DNA from: Felis catus
Taxonomy: Eukaryota
Direction of reading: 5' to 3'
NCBI RefSeq assembly: GCF_018350175.1
Contig: NC_058368.1
Coordinates: 222,520,001-222,584,000, forward strand
DNA length: 64,000 bases
Below the pieces are notes generated by a model. The model was not told where the DNA came from. It saw only the letters and a program-made list of their open reading frames with translations, and searched no databases. Below, piece by piece: positions 61,501-64,000 of the stretch. Numbering within the stretch: the first letter of the stretch is position 1; every line of letters begins with the position of its first letter. Both the position numbers and the translations under genes were made by a program.

Positions 61501-62699
61501 TCACTCAACAGATTCTTTCCCATGCTACTATGTGGCACTATGTAAGGTGAATCTCTAAGACAAGATTTTAAAATGCAGCATTTCCCAAGTATATTAGTTA
61601 ATGAATTATAGGAAGTGGCTTTTAAGTTAATACGATAAGAGACAAGCAAGTAATTGAGCTAGAATAAAGTATATAAAGGATAGTGAATTGGTTCTGATAC
61701 CTAATTTAAGAAGAGATTAGCAGATAATAACCAGGCCTAGGTGGCAGTTAAAAATATTTTGTTGAACTAGGATCTTTGGCAGTGATACAAAGTATGGACA
61801 ATTTTTCATTAGAGAAATTTCAAGAGAATAGATACAGAACTGTGTTTTCATTTAAGGTCAGGAAATTTTGACAATTATGGGCATTATTTTGCTGTACATG
61901 TAGAGTCTTTTGTTTCTCTTTCATCTGAACTCAATAATGAATCTGTATATACTAAAATAATCCTTTTGCTTGAGCTGGATAAATAGCTGAAGATAGGTTT
62001 AATTATGCTATTGGAATACAAAACATAAAACAATCTTAAAATTATAGTAAATACTTTAAAACCTATGTATTTGATAGATATTTTAATTCAACACATTTCA
62101 TGCTGAATCTACTTCCAATTAATAGAAAACCTTAGGCAATCACGGTATCTTTCCTCTCTTATATTCTTCCAAAAACCAGTGTTGTTGGCTGTAGCTATTA
62201 AAAATAAATAAAATTTCAAATCCCTCTCACTAAGCCAACTGTCCTTGTCTTATTGTACATCTTTAATCTTCTTTTTTTTTTTTTTTTGCCTAGAAAGCAG
62301 GCAAAATTTCTGAATAGATGTTCTTTTCTAGAGCATTCCCAGGACCCAGTTATTCCCTTCGACTTTTATTAAGATAAGTTTCTAAAATGCAAATCTAGTC
62401 ACTCTTATATTCTTCGCTGATAATTCTCCTTAGGTGTTACAGTCATATAAATGTACTTTATTATATAATATGTGAACGTATCAAAGAAAATAATTATTAT
62501 AAAGACTACACTATTTCATAAATCCATTCATCACCCTTAGTAATGTTCTAAATATATCCTGTCATTAGTTTATTTTCTTTGCATATATTTATGTAAATAC
62601 TGGCGTAATCCTAAATCAACTACAAAGGGCTACGCTAGTTTAGCATCATTACATGCATGAGCTCTTTTGGCTGCCAAACAATTGGAGGTGAAATTTTTC

Positions 62700-62936
62700 T
62701 TTTTTTTTTTTTAATTCTTTTTCTTTTTTTTTTAATGTTTATTTATTTTTGAGAGAGACAGAGACAGAATGTGAGTGGGTTAGGGGCAGAGAGAGAGGGA
62801 GACACAGAAGCAGAAGCAGGCTCCAGGCTCTGAGCTGTCAGCACAGAGCCCTACGTGGGGCTCGAACTCACAAGCTGTGAGATCATGACCTGAGCCGAAG
62901 TTGGACGCTCAACCGACTAAGCCACCCAGGCGCCCC
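62700..62936 (-). mobile_element. Young Can-SINE
   Basis: Perfect 16-bp TSD ggaggtgaaatttttc (62684-62699 / 62938-62953); CpGs retained. Confidence 0.98.
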
Positions 62937-62962
62937 AGGAGGTGAAATTTTTCATTCTTCCT

Positions 62963-63091
62963 GGGGCATCTGGATGGCTCATTCAGTTAAGTGTCCTACT
63001 CTTGATTTGGGCTCAGGTCATGATCTCAGCGTTCATGTGATTGAGCCCCGCATTCATGAGTTTCCCTCTCTCTCTGCCCCTCTCCTGCTCA

Positions 63092-63137
<46 letters not shown>

Positions 63138-63158
63138 AAAAATAAATACATTAAAAAA
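62963..63158 (+). mobile_element. Can-SINE with internal deletion
   Basis: Head and (CT)n tail; TSD ~ttcattcttcc/ttcattctccc. Confidence 0.93.
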
Positions 63159-64000
63159 TTCATTCTCCCAATTTCATAACCTATATATCGAAATTCACTA
63201 AAATAATTTTACTATTCTACATATAATAGTAACCTGTATTAGTGCCTCAGGAACCTAATATTCTCTGTCAGAAGCATAAATTTTAAATAGTATATAATAC
63301 ACCAATAAACCTGATCCCAGAATATATATGCCACTGTATTAATATGCTTCCTGCATTTATTAATTAATAGCATACCAAAAGTGTTAAAAATATTTGATAC
63401 ACTAAGCCATGCCATTAGAGGTAGTCAATATTCTATAAGCAATACACAATGAGATATGAGAATGAAATCAATATTCTTAGAGCTAATTCAAATAAAAATT
63501 ATGAAAATGAGCCCTTTTATTTATAATTCAAAACTAGATCATGTATTATAAATATCAATTAGATATAAGGGGTAAAATAAAATTAAAAAATTGATGATCT
63601 GTTAAAATTAAATTAAGTTCAAACAATTAGCTACTGCTGATCAGTTTTCAAAACACATAAACTATCTTAAAGAAGGAATGCAAGACAAATAGATTAACTT
63701 AAATAATATACTCATCAAGTGAAAGACTGAGACTCTTGTCCTAAAGCCAAATTTTTAAGAGTTTTAAACTACTTTTATCTTAATTCAAGGACTTGAAGAT
63801 TTGTATTAATCCTAAACTAATGTAAGATATAATGGTGTGTAAGATATATATTTAATAAATTTTTATATTTATTTAATATAAGTTTTATAAAATATATTTG
63901 TAAAAGGCAATAATTAAATGATTAACAATCAATCTTACAATCCACTCTAAAGGTTTTAAAATGAGAAGAAAGTCATTGAACAGATTTTCGTTTGGTTGCA

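Overview
AT-rich, CpG-depleted mammalian DNA. The SINE and L1 families present (Can-SINE/SINEC_Fc heads, felid-type L1) point to a cat-family genome, probably an intron or gene desert. No recognisable host protein-coding exon, RNA gene or CRISPR array is present. The dominant feature is a near full-length, recently inactivated L1 (~21071-27222; 5'UTR, ORF1, ORF2, 3'UTR), with a young SINE inserted in ORF2 behind a perfect 15-bp TSD and a possible short 3' transduction. The window also holds about 27 Can-SINEs (some nested or inverted), MLT1 (ERVL-MaLR) solo LTRs, MER45A/MER5 DNA-transposon relics, old L1M/L2/MIR fragments and many microsatellites. The best non-repeat leads are two minus-strand exon candidates with strong splice sites (54611-54898, 10316-10522), an ISRE/CCAAT/GC-box/TATA cluster inside the first, and a very decayed, possibly MTRES1-like retrocopy at ~55460-56037. 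I did not find a convincing new biological system. Repeat subfamily names come from recalled consensus sequences, not a database search, and boundaries of old repeats are approximate.
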